Assembly (NCBI GenBank): GCA_965214705.1
Contig: OZ243972.1
Span: 2,368,001-2,432,000 of the forward strand
DNA length: 64,000 nucleotides
Direction of reading: 5' to 3'
Source: Alphaproteobacteria bacterium
GTDB lineage: Bacteria; Pseudomonadota; Alphaproteobacteria; UBA828
Shown here piece by piece: positions 9,465 through 18,686 of this stretch. Below the pieces are notes generated by a model that searched no databases, was not told the DNA's origin, and saw nothing but the letters and a program-made list of their open reading frames with translations. Both the position numbers and the translations under genes were made by a program. The number at the start of each line of letters is the position of its first letter. The first letter of the stretch is position 1.

Positions 9465-10934
9465 ATGACCGATCTTGAAGCCCATGTGAACAGGGAGGGC
9501 CGCGACGAGCTGGTGCGGCAGGTGCGCGCCAAGATCGAGGAGCTCGGTGTCACCTACATCTACTACCAGTTCGTCTCCGTCACGGGCCGGATCGTGGGCA
9601 AGGGCATGCCCGCCGATCACTGGGAGCAGATCGCTGAGCGCGGCTTTCAGCTGGTCTACGGTTCGACCGCAAACCTCTTCACCGACCGCCACTCCAACTA
9701 CATCGGCTACGGGCCGGAAGCGTCGGAATTGGTCGGCATCCCCGACCCCGAGACCTTCGTCCAGCTACCCTGGGACAAGCGCGTCGCCCGCGTCTTCTGC
9801 ACCTGCTTCCGCAACCGGGAGGAGCGGGAGAACCCCGGCGGCCACCTGACCTCGGACTGCCGCGGCAACCTGCGGATCATCCACGACGAGTTCCAGGCCA
9901 AGCACGGGATGCAGATGCGCCACGGCACCGAGCCCGAGATGATGTGGCTCAAGCGCGGCGCGGACGGTGGCACCGACGGCGGCGTGACCAAGCCCAACTG
10001 CTATCACATCGACCAGTTCGAAGAGCTCCGGCCGATCTTCATGCAGGTGATCGAGTACGGCCAAGCCATGGGGCTCGACATGATCCAGGGCGATCACGAG
10101 GACGCGCCCGGCCAGCTTGAGCTGAATTTCACCTTCGACGACGCGCTCAGGACCGCCGACCGGCTCACCACGTACCGCCAGATCTGCGCCCAGGTGGCGC
10201 GCGAGCACGGCGTCATCGCCTGCTTCATGTCGAAGCCCTTCATGGGGGTCTCGGCGAGCGGCTGCCACCACAACGTCTCGCTCTGGACCGGTGGATCCCA
10301 GCAAGTCAACGCGCTGCACCAGGACCCGATGCCCGGCCTGGAGGACACCTTCAGCTACTGGAAGGGCGGCGAGAACCTGTTCATGCCGGACCCGTCGATC
10401 GACGACCACAAGCCCGGCCCGGTCGGCCTCAAGTGCATCGGCGGCGTGATGGAGCACCTTGCGGCGCTCACCGCGCTCGGCTCTTCGACGGTGAACTCCT
10501 ACCGCCGGCTCTGGGACACCGGCTTCTGGGCGCCGGTCTTCGCCGACTGGGGCTATCAGAACCGGACCTGCGGCCTGCGCGTCTCGGCCCCCGGCCGCTT
10601 CGAGTACCGCTCGGTCGATTCGATGGTCAACCCGTACCTGATGGCCGGCGCCATCATCAAGGCCTTCGACGACGGCATCGCGCGCGATCTGGACCCCGGC
10701 GAGCCGGAGGAGCGCAACATCTACCAGGCCATGGAGGCCGGCAAGCTGGTGAAGAAGCTGCCGATGTCGCTCGGCGAGGCTCTCGATGCGCTGGAGCGCG
10801 ACGAGGTGATCAAGGCCGCGATGCCGGACGAGATGCTCAAGGTCTTCATGCACTACAAGCGCGACGAGTGGGAGCGCTTCATGTCTACGGTCACCGAGTG
10901 GGACGTCGAGACCTACCTCGACTGCCTGCCTTAG
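9465..10934 (+). CDS. Glutamine synthetase-family ligase, likely gamma-glutamyl-amine synthetase (GmaS-like role)
   Basis: GTEPE, HEDAPGQLELN, FMSKPF, SGCHHN, NRTCGLR, RFEYRSVD motifs; ATG at 9465; directly upstream of mgs-like genes. Confidence 0.88.
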   Translation: MTDLEAHVNREGRDELVRQVRAKIEELGVTYIYYQFVSVTGRIVGKGMPADHWEQIAERGFQLVYGSTANLFTDRHSNYIGYGPEASELVGIPDPETFVQLPWDKRVARVFCTCFRNREERENPGGHLTSDCRGNLRIIHDEFQAKHGMQMRHGTEPEMMWLKRGADGGTDGGVTKPNCYHIDQFEELRPIFMQVIEYGQAMGLDMIQGDHEDAPGQLELNFTFDDALRTADRLTTYRQICAQVAREHGVIACFMSKPFMGVSASGCHHNVSLWTGGSQQVNALHQDPMPGLEDTFSYWKGGENLFMPDPSIDDHKPGPVGLKCIGGVMEHLAALTALGSSTVNSYRRLWDTGFWAPVFADWGYQNRTCGLRVSAPGRFEYRSVDSMVNPYLMAGAIIKAFDDGIARDLDPGEPEERNIYQAMEAGKLVKKLPMSLGEALDALERDEVIKAAMPDEMLKVFMHYKRDEWERFMSTVTEWDVETYLDCLP

Positions 10935-10966
10935 CCTGCCCAACCAACGGATAAGACGAGGCGCCC

Positions 10967-11923
10967 ATGTGCGGGATAGCAGGACTGATCCATCGCGGAT
11001 CGAGCGGCGACATCGGGGCGGAGATGACCACGATGCTCCAGGCGCTCAAACACCGCGGGCCGGATTCCACCGGCTTCGCCATATACGGCATCCCGGTCGA
11101 GAGCGACCACGTGATGCGCTTCAAGGTGGCGGAGCAGGAGGACATCGGCAAAGGCTTTGAAATCCACCAGCAGATCAAGGACCGCAAGGCCGAGGTGGAC
11201 AAGCGCATCCGCAGTATGGATGTGGAGATCGTCAGCGAGGAACAGGCGACCGAGTACGCGTATCGCTATCGCCTGCGCTTCCCCGCCGATGACGACGGCG
11301 GCCAGCAGCGGCTCAAGCGCTTCGCCGACTACATCGAGGATGTCGAGGGCGCGGAGATTCTCTCCCTCGGGCGCGCGCTGGAGCTGATCAAGGATCTCGG
11401 CGACGCCGGCATCGTGAGCGAGCAGTACGACCTCGCCGGCTTCCAGGGCACCCACGCCATCGGCCATACGCGGATGGCCACGGAATCGGATGTCGATATC
11501 CGCTCGGCCCATCCCTACTGGGCCTATCCCTTCAACGACATCTCGGTGGTCCACAACGGCCAGCTCACCAACTACTGGAAGTTCCGCCGGGCGCTGGAGC
11601 ACCGGGGCCATCGCTTCATGTCGAACTGCGATTCCGAGTTGATCGCCGTCTACCTGGCGGATCGCATCGAGCGGGGCGACTCGCTCAAGGAGGCGATGGA
11701 CCGCTCGGTGGGCGAGCTCGACGGCGTCTTCACCTATCTGGTGGCGACGGCGGACAGCCTGGGCATGGCCAAGGACACCATGGCCGCCAAGCCCATGGTG
11801 CTCTACGAGAGCGACGATTTCGTCGGCCTCGCCTCCGAGGAGGTCGCGATCCGCGGCATCATGCCGGACGAGATCGACACCTGGGATCCCTACGAAGGGG
11901 AGGTCAAGGTATGGCAGAACTGA
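10967..11923 (+). CDS. Class II glutamine amidotransferase (N-methylglutamate synthase subunit A / GlxB-like)
   Basis: N-terminal MCGIAG, HRGPDS, GHTRMATES, HNGQLTN, DSE motifs. Confidence 0.9.
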   Translation: MCGIAGLIHRGSSGDIGAEMTTMLQALKHRGPDSTGFAIYGIPVESDHVMRFKVAEQEDIGKGFEIHQQIKDRKAEVDKRIRSMDVEIVSEEQATEYAYRYRLRFPADDDGGQQRLKRFADYIEDVEGAEILSLGRALELIKDLGDAGIVSEQYDLAGFQGTHAIGHTRMATESDVDIRSAHPYWAYPFNDISVVHNGQLTNYWKFRRALEHRGHRFMSNCDSELIAVYLADRIERGDSLKEAMDRSVGELDGVFTYLVATADSLGMAKDTMAAKPMVLYESDDFVGLASEEVAIRGIMPDEIDTWDPYEGEVKVWQN

Positions 11924-12762
11924 GCCCCGACGACCGGCACAAATCCCATGACATGGGGCTGCACGCGGAGCAGCTCGCCGGCCGCACCCAGCAGGTCTTC
12001 TTCTATCCCGAGGAGGGCGACAACTACACCTATCCCGAGGGCTTCGATGTCGATTTCACCAAGAAGGCGACGATCGACGCAGCCGAGATGGACGGGCCCG
12101 AGGTCAACCTCCGCATCCGTGAGCTGATGGGCGAGGGCTACGGCCACATCGTGGTCCAGAATCCGCTCGCCAAGCACTCCCTCGGCGTCGGCATCCTCAA
12201 TCGCCTCAAGCTCGATTTCGAGGGCAGCCTCGGCTACTTCGGCTGCGGTCTGGTCGACGGCCCCAACATCCACATCAAGGGCCGCGTCGGCTGGTCCTGC
12301 GCCGAGAACATGATGGCGGGCGTCGTGGTGATCGAGAAGAATGCAGGCTCCACCTTCGGCGCAGCGCTCAGGGGCGGCGACCTGGTCTGCAAGGGCGACG
12401 TGGGCTCACGCACCGGCATCGACATGAAGGGCGGCACGATCATCATCGGCGGCCGCGCCGGCGCGTTCACCGGCTTCATGATGCAGCGCGGGCGCATCGT
12501 CATCCTCGGCGACGCCGGTATCAACCTCGGCGATTCCCTCTACGACGGCACGATCTTCGTGGGCGGCACCATCGCCTCCCTCGGTGTCGATGCCGTCCCC
12601 GGCGAGATGACCGACGTCGAAGCGCGCTGGCTCGAAAACAAGCTCGCGACCTACGGCCTGGAGGCGCCCAACGGCGTCGCGAACCTGACCAAGATCATAG
12701 CCGGCAAGCAGCTCTGGAACTACGACAACCTCGAGCCGACCGAGAAGAAGATCGCGCTCTAG
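11911..12762 (+). CDS. GXGXG glutamate synthase/FwdC-like subunit (MgsB / GlxC-like)
   Basis: Gly-rich beta-helix repeats (AENMMAG, GSRTGIDMKGG, GDSLYDG), C-terminal LWNY. Confidence 0.88.
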   Translation: MAELSPDDRHKSHDMGLHAEQLAGRTQQVFFYPEEGDNYTYPEGFDVDFTKKATIDAAEMDGPEVNLRIRELMGEGYGHIVVQNPLAKHSLGVGILNRLKLDFEGSLGYFGCGLVDGPNIHIKGRVGWSCAENMMAGVVVIEKNAGSTFGAALRGGDLVCKGDVGSRTGIDMKGGTIIIGGRAGAFTGFMMQRGRIVILGDAGINLGDSLYDGTIFVGGTIASLGVDAVPGEMTDVEARWLENKLATYGLEAPNGVANLTKIIAGKQLWNYDNLEPTEKKIAL

Positions 12763-12800
12763 CCGAGCGCAGCCTCTCGCTACCCTGCAAGGAGCCCGCC

Positions 12801-14168
12801 ATGGCCAGCGACAGACGCGAAGCCGTCGCCAACCGGCCCAGCCGCAACCGCCACATCCTGGGGCGGAGCCGCATCTTCTCGCCGGAGGTGATCGACGACA
12901 TCCACATCAAGGCGGAGCTCGGCCGCTACCGGATGCGCGGCTTCTCGCTCTTCAAGAACATCCCGACCTTCGACGATCTCACATTCCTGCCGGGCACGCT
13001 CACCCGCTTCGTCATCGAGGGCTACCGCGAGAAGTGCACGACCACGACCGTGATCGGGCCCAAGGCCAAGCGTCCGCTGGTGCTCGACATCCCGGTCTAT
13101 GTCACCGGCATGAGCTTCGGCGCGCTCTCCTACGAGGCCAAGACCGCGCTCGCGCGCGGCGCCACCATGGCCGGCACCGCCACCTGCTCCGGCGAAGGCG
13201 GCATGATCCCCGACGAGCGGCGCTATTCCGAGAAGTGGCTCTACCAGTGCATTCAGTCCCGCTACGGCTTCAACCCCCACCACTTGCGGCTCGCTGATGC
13301 CTGCGAGTTCTTCATCGGCCAGGGCTGCAAGGTGGGCCTCGGTGGCCACTTGATGGGGCAGAAGGTCACCGACCAGGTGGCGGAGATGCGCTCGCTGCCG
13401 GCCGGCATCGACCAGCGCTCGCCGGCGCGCCATCCCGACTGGCTGGGGCCTGACGACCTCGCGCTCAAGATCAACGAGATCCGCGAGGCCACCAACGCCG
13501 AGATTCCGATCCAGCTCAAGCTGGGCGCCGCCCGCGTCTATGACGACGTGCGCATGGCGATCAAGACCGGACCGGACAGCATCTACATCGACGGCATGGA
13601 GGGCTCCACCGGCGCCGGCCCGCACCTCGCGACCGAGGAGACCGGCGTGCCCGGCATCGCGGCGATCCGCCAGGCGCGCAAGGCGCTCGACGACCTCGGC
13701 GCCTCCGGCAGCATCAGCCTCGTTTACGCCGGCGGCGTGCGCAACGGCGGCGACATCGCCAAGGCGCTCGCCCTGGGTGCCGACGCGGTTGCCATCGGCC
13801 ACTCGGTGATGATGGCGCTCAACTGCAACAAGGACATCCCGGAGGCCGACTTCGAGGCCGAGATCGGGGTCGAGGCCGGCTACTGCTACCACTGCCACAC
13901 CGGGCGCTGCCCCGTGGGCGTCGCCACCCAGGACCCGGAGCTGCGCAAGCGGCTCGACCCTGACGAGGCGGCGGAGCGGGTCTACAACTTCCTCCACACG
14001 CTCACGCTGGAGTGCCAGATGATGGCGCGCGCCTGCGGCAAGACCGATGTGCACAGCCTGGAGCCGGAAGATCTCGCCGCGCTCACCATGGAGGCCTCGG
14101 CCATGGCCCAGGTGCCGCTCGCGGGCTCCCAGCACACCGTCGGCCGCCCCGACATGAACCGCTACTAG
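12801..14168 (+). CDS. FMN-binding glutamate synthase family protein (MgsC / GlxD-like)
   Basis: GMSFGALS, SGEGGM, GQGCKVGLGGHL, RSPARHPDW, Fe-S motif CYHCHTGRCPVGVATQ. Confidence 0.92.
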   Translation: MASDRREAVANRPSRNRHILGRSRIFSPEVIDDIHIKAELGRYRMRGFSLFKNIPTFDDLTFLPGTLTRFVIEGYREKCTTTTVIGPKAKRPLVLDIPVYVTGMSFGALSYEAKTALARGATMAGTATCSGEGGMIPDERRYSEKWLYQCIQSRYGFNPHHLRLADACEFFIGQGCKVGLGGHLMGQKVTDQVAEMRSLPAGIDQRSPARHPDWLGPDDLALKINEIREATNAEIPIQLKLGAARVYDDVRMAIKTGPDSIYIDGMEGSTGAGPHLATEETGVPGIAAIRQARKALDDLGASGSISLVYAGGVRNGGDIAKALALGADAVAIGHSVMMALNCNKDIPEADFEAEIGVEAGYCYHCHTGRCPVGVATQDPELRKRLDPDEAAERVYNFLHTLTLECQMMARACGKTDVHSLEPEDLAALTMEASAMAQVPLAGSQHTVGRPDMNRY

Positions 14169-14190
14169 AAGCCCGGACCGGAGAAGCGCC

Positions 14191-14583
14191 ATGAGCGACA
14201 AGACCGGCGACGTCGACTACTTCCTGAGCCAGAGCGGCCTCGACAGCGAACGCGAGAAGGAGATCGGCCAGCACATCGGCTATCGTTACGATGTGAACCT
14301 GGTGCCCGATTACGAGCGGCTCACGCCCTTCCTCAAGCGCTACATCGAGACCATGGGCTGGACCGACCTGAACTGGCTGGAAGACGTGCACATGGGCTAC
14401 GAGGAAGGCCGGCCGGCGGTGTTCGACCGCAACATCAACGGCTGGGTCACGGTGCCCGAAGACCTGGAACTGCCCGACAATCAGCAGGACCGCGACATGC
14501 TCGCCCGCGAGCTATTGGTGAAGTTCCAGATGTCGCCCCGCCACCCGATGTCCGACCTCAACGGGGCCTATCGGAAGTTTTAG
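14191..14583 (+). CDS. Hypothetical protein (130 aa), last gene of the mgs-like operon; 3' end duplicated downstream
   Basis: GGAG upstream, strong GC3 codon bias, operon position; no family recognised. Confidence 0.8.
   Translation: MSDKTGDVDYFLSQSGLDSEREKEIGQHIGYRYDVNLVPDYERLTPFLKRYIETMGWTDLNWLEDVHMGYEEGRPAVFDRNINGWVTVPEDLELPDNQQDRDMLARELLVKFQMSPRHPMSDLNGAYRKF
14516..14583 (+). repeat. Direct repeat copy 1 (3' end of the 130-aa gene; attL-like)
   Basis: TGGTGAAGTTCCAGATGTCGCCCCGCCACCCGATGTCCGACCTCAACGGGGCCTATCGGAAGTTTTAG; 66/68 identical to 20783-20850. Confidence 0.95.
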
Positions 14584-14586
14584 GTT

Positions 14587-14610
14587 GGCTGGCTCGTTCG
14601 AGCCTTGCCA
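14587..14610. terminator. Short hairpin between convergent genes
   Basis: TGGC-T-GGCTCG-TT-CGAGCC-TT-GCCA directly after the stop at 14583; no clear U-tract. Confidence 0.35.
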
Positions 14611-14653
14611 CTCCCCACTGAAGCGCTCCGGAGTTTGTTGATCGCGGCAAGCG

Positions 14654-15088
14654 TCAGACGATCTCGTATTCCTGGACTGCGCCGCTGCTATAAATGCCAG
14701 CCACGAACGGCGGGGGCGTCTTGGCCGCAAAGCGCGCGATACGTCGCCTTCCCTTCACCAGCAGCTCGGCGATGTCCGGCCCGGTCGCGTTCTTCATCCG
14801 GATTACGATGACCCGTGCCGAATGCCGCCGGATCGCTTGTAGCTCCGCGGCACGATAACGAACGCCCCTGTCCTTGGTGATCGCCACCCAGCCCATTCGT
14901 CCGACGAGCGCGATCCACTCCTCGTCCGGCGCGTCCTGCGGGAGATGGTCGTCATGCACCTCGACCGCCATTCCCTCGGTGCGAAGACGGTCGGCGATGA
15001 TGTGCCTTCCGAGGCTGCGATCGATGAAGAGCGTGCGCTCAGGCTGCGGCTTGGAGCTCGCACCGGATCGCTTCTTCGATTTCCTCAT
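14654..15088 (-). CDS. PIN-like domain toxin (VapC45-like)
   Basis: LFIDRSLG, DEEWI, GWVAITKD motifs; overlaps upstream DUF433 gene. ATG at 15088 chosen; start uncertain. Confidence 0.85.
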   Translation of the reverse strand: MRKSKKRSGASSKPQPERTLFIDRSLGRHIIADRLRTEGMAVEVHDDHLPQDAPDEEWIALVGRMGWVAITKDRGVRYRAAELQAIRRHSARVIVIRMKNATGPDIAELLVKGRRRIARFAAKTPPPFVAGIYSSGAVQEYEIV

Positions 15089-15731
15089 GCCCACGCTCAT
15101 AGTCGTGCGCCAGGTCGCTGATGGCTTCACCTGCCTTGTAGCGTTCGGCGATGAGCTGAGTGGCGAGGCCGGTGCCGGCGATGACAGGCCGCCCGGCGGA
15201 GAGCGTCGGATCGATGACGATCATCGCGGGCGTGTCGTCCATGGCGCTCCGGGTGAACGGATAGAGCTTGATTGGGACACCGGCGGGATCGCGATCGATC
15301 CGGCGGAGCGCCGCGCTGATGATCTCCCGCATGGCTGTCTGGCCCGCCTGGCTGATATTGATCAGTTGCCCGTATTGCTCGGTGAACAGGTCCAGCCCGT
15401 CCGTCTCAAGCTCGCGACTGATCAGCGGATGACGCTTGTCCATCTCCTGACGCGCATTCGCCGCCAAGAATTGGATCGCCCTGCGAATGCTCGGCATCTT
15501 CACTTCGTGCTTGCGCCGAATGGCGGCGAGAACGTGAAGCTCCGTGAGATTGAGGAAGGAGAGCTGCGTCGGTACGTGTGCAGGTATTTCGATCAGCGGC
15601 GCGTACTCGTCGCGGCCCACCGACCAATAGCGAATGGTCGCCGCGGGCACGGCGAGGTAGTGGGCGGCTTCCGAGATCGTGTAAGCGGGAAGTTCTCGGG
15701 GATCGTTGGTCCCCGTGCGCAGTCTGGCCAT
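15039..15731 (-). CDS. HTH-DUF433 antitoxin (VapB45-like)
   Basis: PAYTISEAAHYLAVPAATIRYW HTH, LSFLNLTELHV, C-terminal IVIDP..AGRPVI.GTG...AGE.I.DLA.DY (DUF433). Confidence 0.88.
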   Translation of the reverse strand: MARLRTGTNDPRELPAYTISEAAHYLAVPAATIRYWSVGRDEYAPLIEIPAHVPTQLSFLNLTELHVLAAIRRKHEVKMPSIRRAIQFLAANARQEMDKRHPLISRELETDGLDLFTEQYGQLINISQAGQTAMREIISAALRRIDRDPAGVPIKLYPFTRSAMDDTPAMIVIDPTLSAGRPVIAGTGLATQLIAERYKAGEAISDLAHDYERGHEEIEEAIRCELQAAA

Positions 15732-15760
15732 CGGGCTCTCTCCCGGATGCCATGATGGAA

Positions 15761-15773
15761 TTTTGAGTCAAAA
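15761..15773. promoter_or_regulatory. Palindrome upstream of antitoxin gene, possible autoregulatory operator
   Basis: TTTTGA-G-TCAAAA, 30 bp upstream of the antitoxin start. Confidence 0.4.
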
Positions 15774-15912
15774 GCGCCCATAGCATGAACGCTGTCTGCA
15801 ATCCATGCCGGCTGTAGCCATCGACGCTCCGAATTGGGATCGACGCCGCAGACGGAAACACCAAGGGTCGAACCCGGCCAAGGGTAACTCTTTGCTTCAG
15901 CGGGATAAAAAT

Positions 15913-15968
15913 CTCCTCACTCCGGTCCCTCTCCGCCCGCAGGGGCGGAGAGGGACCGGAGTGAGGAG
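15913..15968. repeat. Perfect 26-bp inverted repeat (REP-like hairpin, possible terminator)
   Basis: CTCCTCACTCCGGTCCCTCTCCGCCC-GCAG-GGGCGGAGAGGGACCGGAGTGAGGAG, about 40 bp downstream of the autotransporter 1 stop. Confidence 0.9.
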
Positions 15969-16009
15969 GGAAGCGTCCGCTCGTTAGAGCGAACGCCAAC
16001 CCTGCGGTG

Positions 16010-18559
16010 TTACCAGCGCAAGGCGCCGCGCAGCATCAGCCCGTGTCCGGGCCTGTTGTCGTTGGCGGCCTCGTACAGGCTGCCCTCGACGCTCACGCTC
16101 GCCGCTGGCGCAAGCTGCCAGCGCGCACCCATGCGCCACCATTGCGCACCTTCGCCCGCGAGCCCGAGCCCCGCATAGGGCGTCACCACGCCCAGGCCGT
16201 GCGGCGCACCGAGACCGTAGCCGACCTCCGTGTGCAGGCGCGCCTGGTTGTCAGGTGACACTCCAGCAGTGACGCCATTCTCCCACAGCTGGTTTACACC
16301 GCTGCCCGTCTGGCCCCACGCCGGCTGCACCACGAGCGCAAGACCCTGGCCCGACCCGCCCGGTGCAAGGCGCACCAGACCGCTTACCCCCGTCTCCTCG
16401 TAGTCGCCGCTGTGGCTGAGCAGGGTCCGGACACGGCCCTCGACGGTCAGCCCCGACGCCTCGTCGGCATAGCGCAAGGCGCCCCCGGCCTCGATGCTGG
16501 TGCCGGTCTCGCCGTCCCCGCCGTCGTTGCGCACGCCGAGCTCAAGCGAGGGCGTGAATGTCGACCCCGAGGCGAGCTTCTGGACGTGCGCCCCTTCCAG
16601 CAGCAGACGCTGCCGGCTGGCACTCAACGACGTGCTCTCAATGCTCCCGGAGCCATCGACATCAGCCGACGTGAAGGCCACCTCGCCCTTGAGGTTCAGC
16701 GTCGTGGTGCCGCCCGCGATCATCTCGTCGCTGGACATCAGCGGCCCGCTCACGCCTGCCGCCACCATCCGCTGCGTCAGGTCGCTCGACTGCGCTCCCG
16801 CCGAGTCATCATCAAGCTCCACCTCGCCCGAGCCAAGGCCGGCCATGGCCCACAGGTTCATGCCACCCGCCATCTGCCAGCCCACGTAGGGGTTGACGCT
16901 GGTCAGAGAGGTCGTGAGCTCGCCTGACGCGTTGGAGGCCGTGTAATCCACCGTCCCTCGCGCCTGCGACACCGCCAGGCCCGCCAGCATGTCGTCACCC
17001 AGCTTTGTATCGATCCCCAGGTTGGCGCTCACCACGCTGCCGTCGTAGTCGACGGACTGCGGGTTGCCGCCGGCGATGTTGCGGTAGTCCCCGCTGCCCC
17101 AGAGCGTCAAGTCTCCGAAGAGGCCACTGCCCCCGTTACCCGCCGCGTTGAGCGTCATGGTGAAGGACGAGCCCGCCAGCAGCCGGCTGAAATCCAACGT
17201 GCCGTTGCCTAGGGCATGTCCGTTGGCCAGCAGGGCATCGGAGAGGGTGGAGGCACCGCCGAAGCCGAAGCTGAACGCTGCGTCCGGCGCAGTGTCTGAG
17301 GTTGCCCGCTCGATGCGGCCCGAGACGGCATCGACCGTGCTCGCGGTCATGGCACGCATCACCTGGGGCAGCACGGCCTCGATGACCGCGTTGCCGCCCT
17401 CGGCAACCACTTCCGGCGCGCTCCCGTAAAAGCCCGACCCGACGATGAGCCCAATTGGCAATGCGCTTCCGTCTGGTCTCCTGACTTCACCGGTGAACTG
17501 GCGGGCGTAGCCCACCTTGGGAATGTCGGCGCTGTCGCTGTCGTCGGTGGGATCGTCGTAATAGTATTCCACGAAGCCGCCTTCCGGGCCGCTTCTCGCC
17601 GCAGCGAGGACCTGCGGCAGAATGAGCTCTCCGGTACGGCCGTCCCGGGCAATCCCTACCAGAGGTTGAAGCTCGAATTTGCCCGGTTCCGTTGCGTGAA
17701 ACAGGACTACGTTGCTGACGGTATCCAGGACGTAGAGGTACACGGAGCCGTGCCGCCAGGGCCCGTTCGGGTCCCGCAGGGCGATCCTGGCTTGCGACGC
17801 AGCGGCCGGATTGCCGCTCTGCTGGTGTGCGAGAATGAATTCCCCCGCCTGCGTGACGAAGGCCTTCAAGGTTGCTCGGTCTACCACGTCCGCGGCGGTA
17901 ATCTCCGGGTCACCGTAATCGATGTCTTCCTGAGCCAGGTGAGACGAGTTGAGATCGAATCCCGCAAGCAGCACGAGCGGGAGTCGAAAACTTGCCGACA
18001 AATACATGACGGCATAGCCGGAGGCGCCTGGGACATTGGGCACATTGAATGGGCCGCCATTCCCGGCTACTGCCGCTCCAAAGGCGGCCTGGGCCGCAAC
18101 GGGGTCGGCCAGGTCGGCCGGGTTGATTCCCAATGCCTGAAGGATCGCTCCATAAATCAAGGGGTCGAGCAGCCGGCCCGACAATGCCATGTCCTTCGCG
18201 TGAACCAATACCCGGCCGTCGGGCGTCAGTTGCACGAGATAGGTGTCACCGGAACGCCAGGGACTCCCTTCCTGCCTGACGAGACATCCAAGATGCGCCA
18301 CGTCCTCCAAACTCGTTACCGATTGGCCGATCTCCCGATTCAGATCTCTCACGGCCAGCGCGAAGTCCCTCAGGCTGGCGCTGCCGTCCTCCACTTGCGG
18401 CGCCGTCACCCGCGGGTGCGCAGGAGGAGTCCCGCCGGCGGGGAGTGGGCAAGCGTCCTGCGCCGAGGCGGGGAGCCCGTTGGAAAAGACGCCGGCCAGC
18501 GCGAACAGGCCAGCCACAAGAATTAGGGAAATCCTGGGTTTCCATGTCGCGGTATTCAT
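16010..18559 (-). CDS. Autotransporter 1 with tandem Cache-like passenger (849 aa)
   Basis: ATG at 18559 after GAGGAG and matching the paralog start; Sec signal peptide; amphipathic beta-strand C-domain ending LMLRGALRW; passenger has sCache_2-like motifs GPWRHGSVYLYVLD, GGFVEYYYDDP, PKVGYA, IVGSGFY. Confidence 0.85.
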   Translation of the reverse strand: MNTATWKPRISLILVAGLFALAGVFSNGLPASAQDACPLPAGGTPPAHPRVTAPQVEDGSASLRDFALAVRDLNREIGQSVTSLEDVAHLGCLVRQEGSPWRSGDTYLVQLTPDGRVLVHAKDMALSGRLLDPLIYGAILQALGINPADLADPVAAQAAFGAAVAGNGGPFNVPNVPGASGYAVMYLSASFRLPLVLLAGFDLNSSHLAQEDIDYGDPEITAADVVDRATLKAFVTQAGEFILAHQQSGNPAAASQARIALRDPNGPWRHGSVYLYVLDTVSNVVLFHATEPGKFELQPLVGIARDGRTGELILPQVLAAARSGPEGGFVEYYYDDPTDDSDSADIPKVGYARQFTGEVRRPDGSALPIGLIVGSGFYGSAPEVVAEGGNAVIEAVLPQVMRAMTASTVDAVSGRIERATSDTAPDAAFSFGFGGASTLSDALLANGHALGNGTLDFSRLLAGSSFTMTLNAAGNGGSGLFGDLTLWGSGDYRNIAGGNPQSVDYDGSVVSANLGIDTKLGDDMLAGLAVSQARGTVDYTASNASGELTTSLTSVNPYVGWQMAGGMNLWAMAGLGSGEVELDDDSAGAQSSDLTQRMVAAGVSGPLMSSDEMIAGGTTTLNLKGEVAFTSADVDGSGSIESTSLSASRQRLLLEGAHVQKLASGSTFTPSLELGVRNDGGDGETGTSIEAGGALRYADEASGLTVEGRVRTLLSHSGDYEETGVSGLVRLAPGGSGQGLALVVQPAWGQTGSGVNQLWENGVTAGVSPDNQARLHTEVGYGLGAPHGLGVVTPYAGLGLAGEGAQWWRMGARWQLAPAASVSVEGSLYEAANDNRPGHGLMLRGALRW

Positions 18560-18686
18560 CGTGATGCGTGTCTCCTCGTGCCGGGAAAGTCGGGCGAGAT
18601 TTGGTCGCAAGTGGCTTTCCAGGTGGTTGAATCTCGCGACGTGTCTCCGCCAAATTCGAGTTGCGAGAGACACGCGTTCGGCTAAA

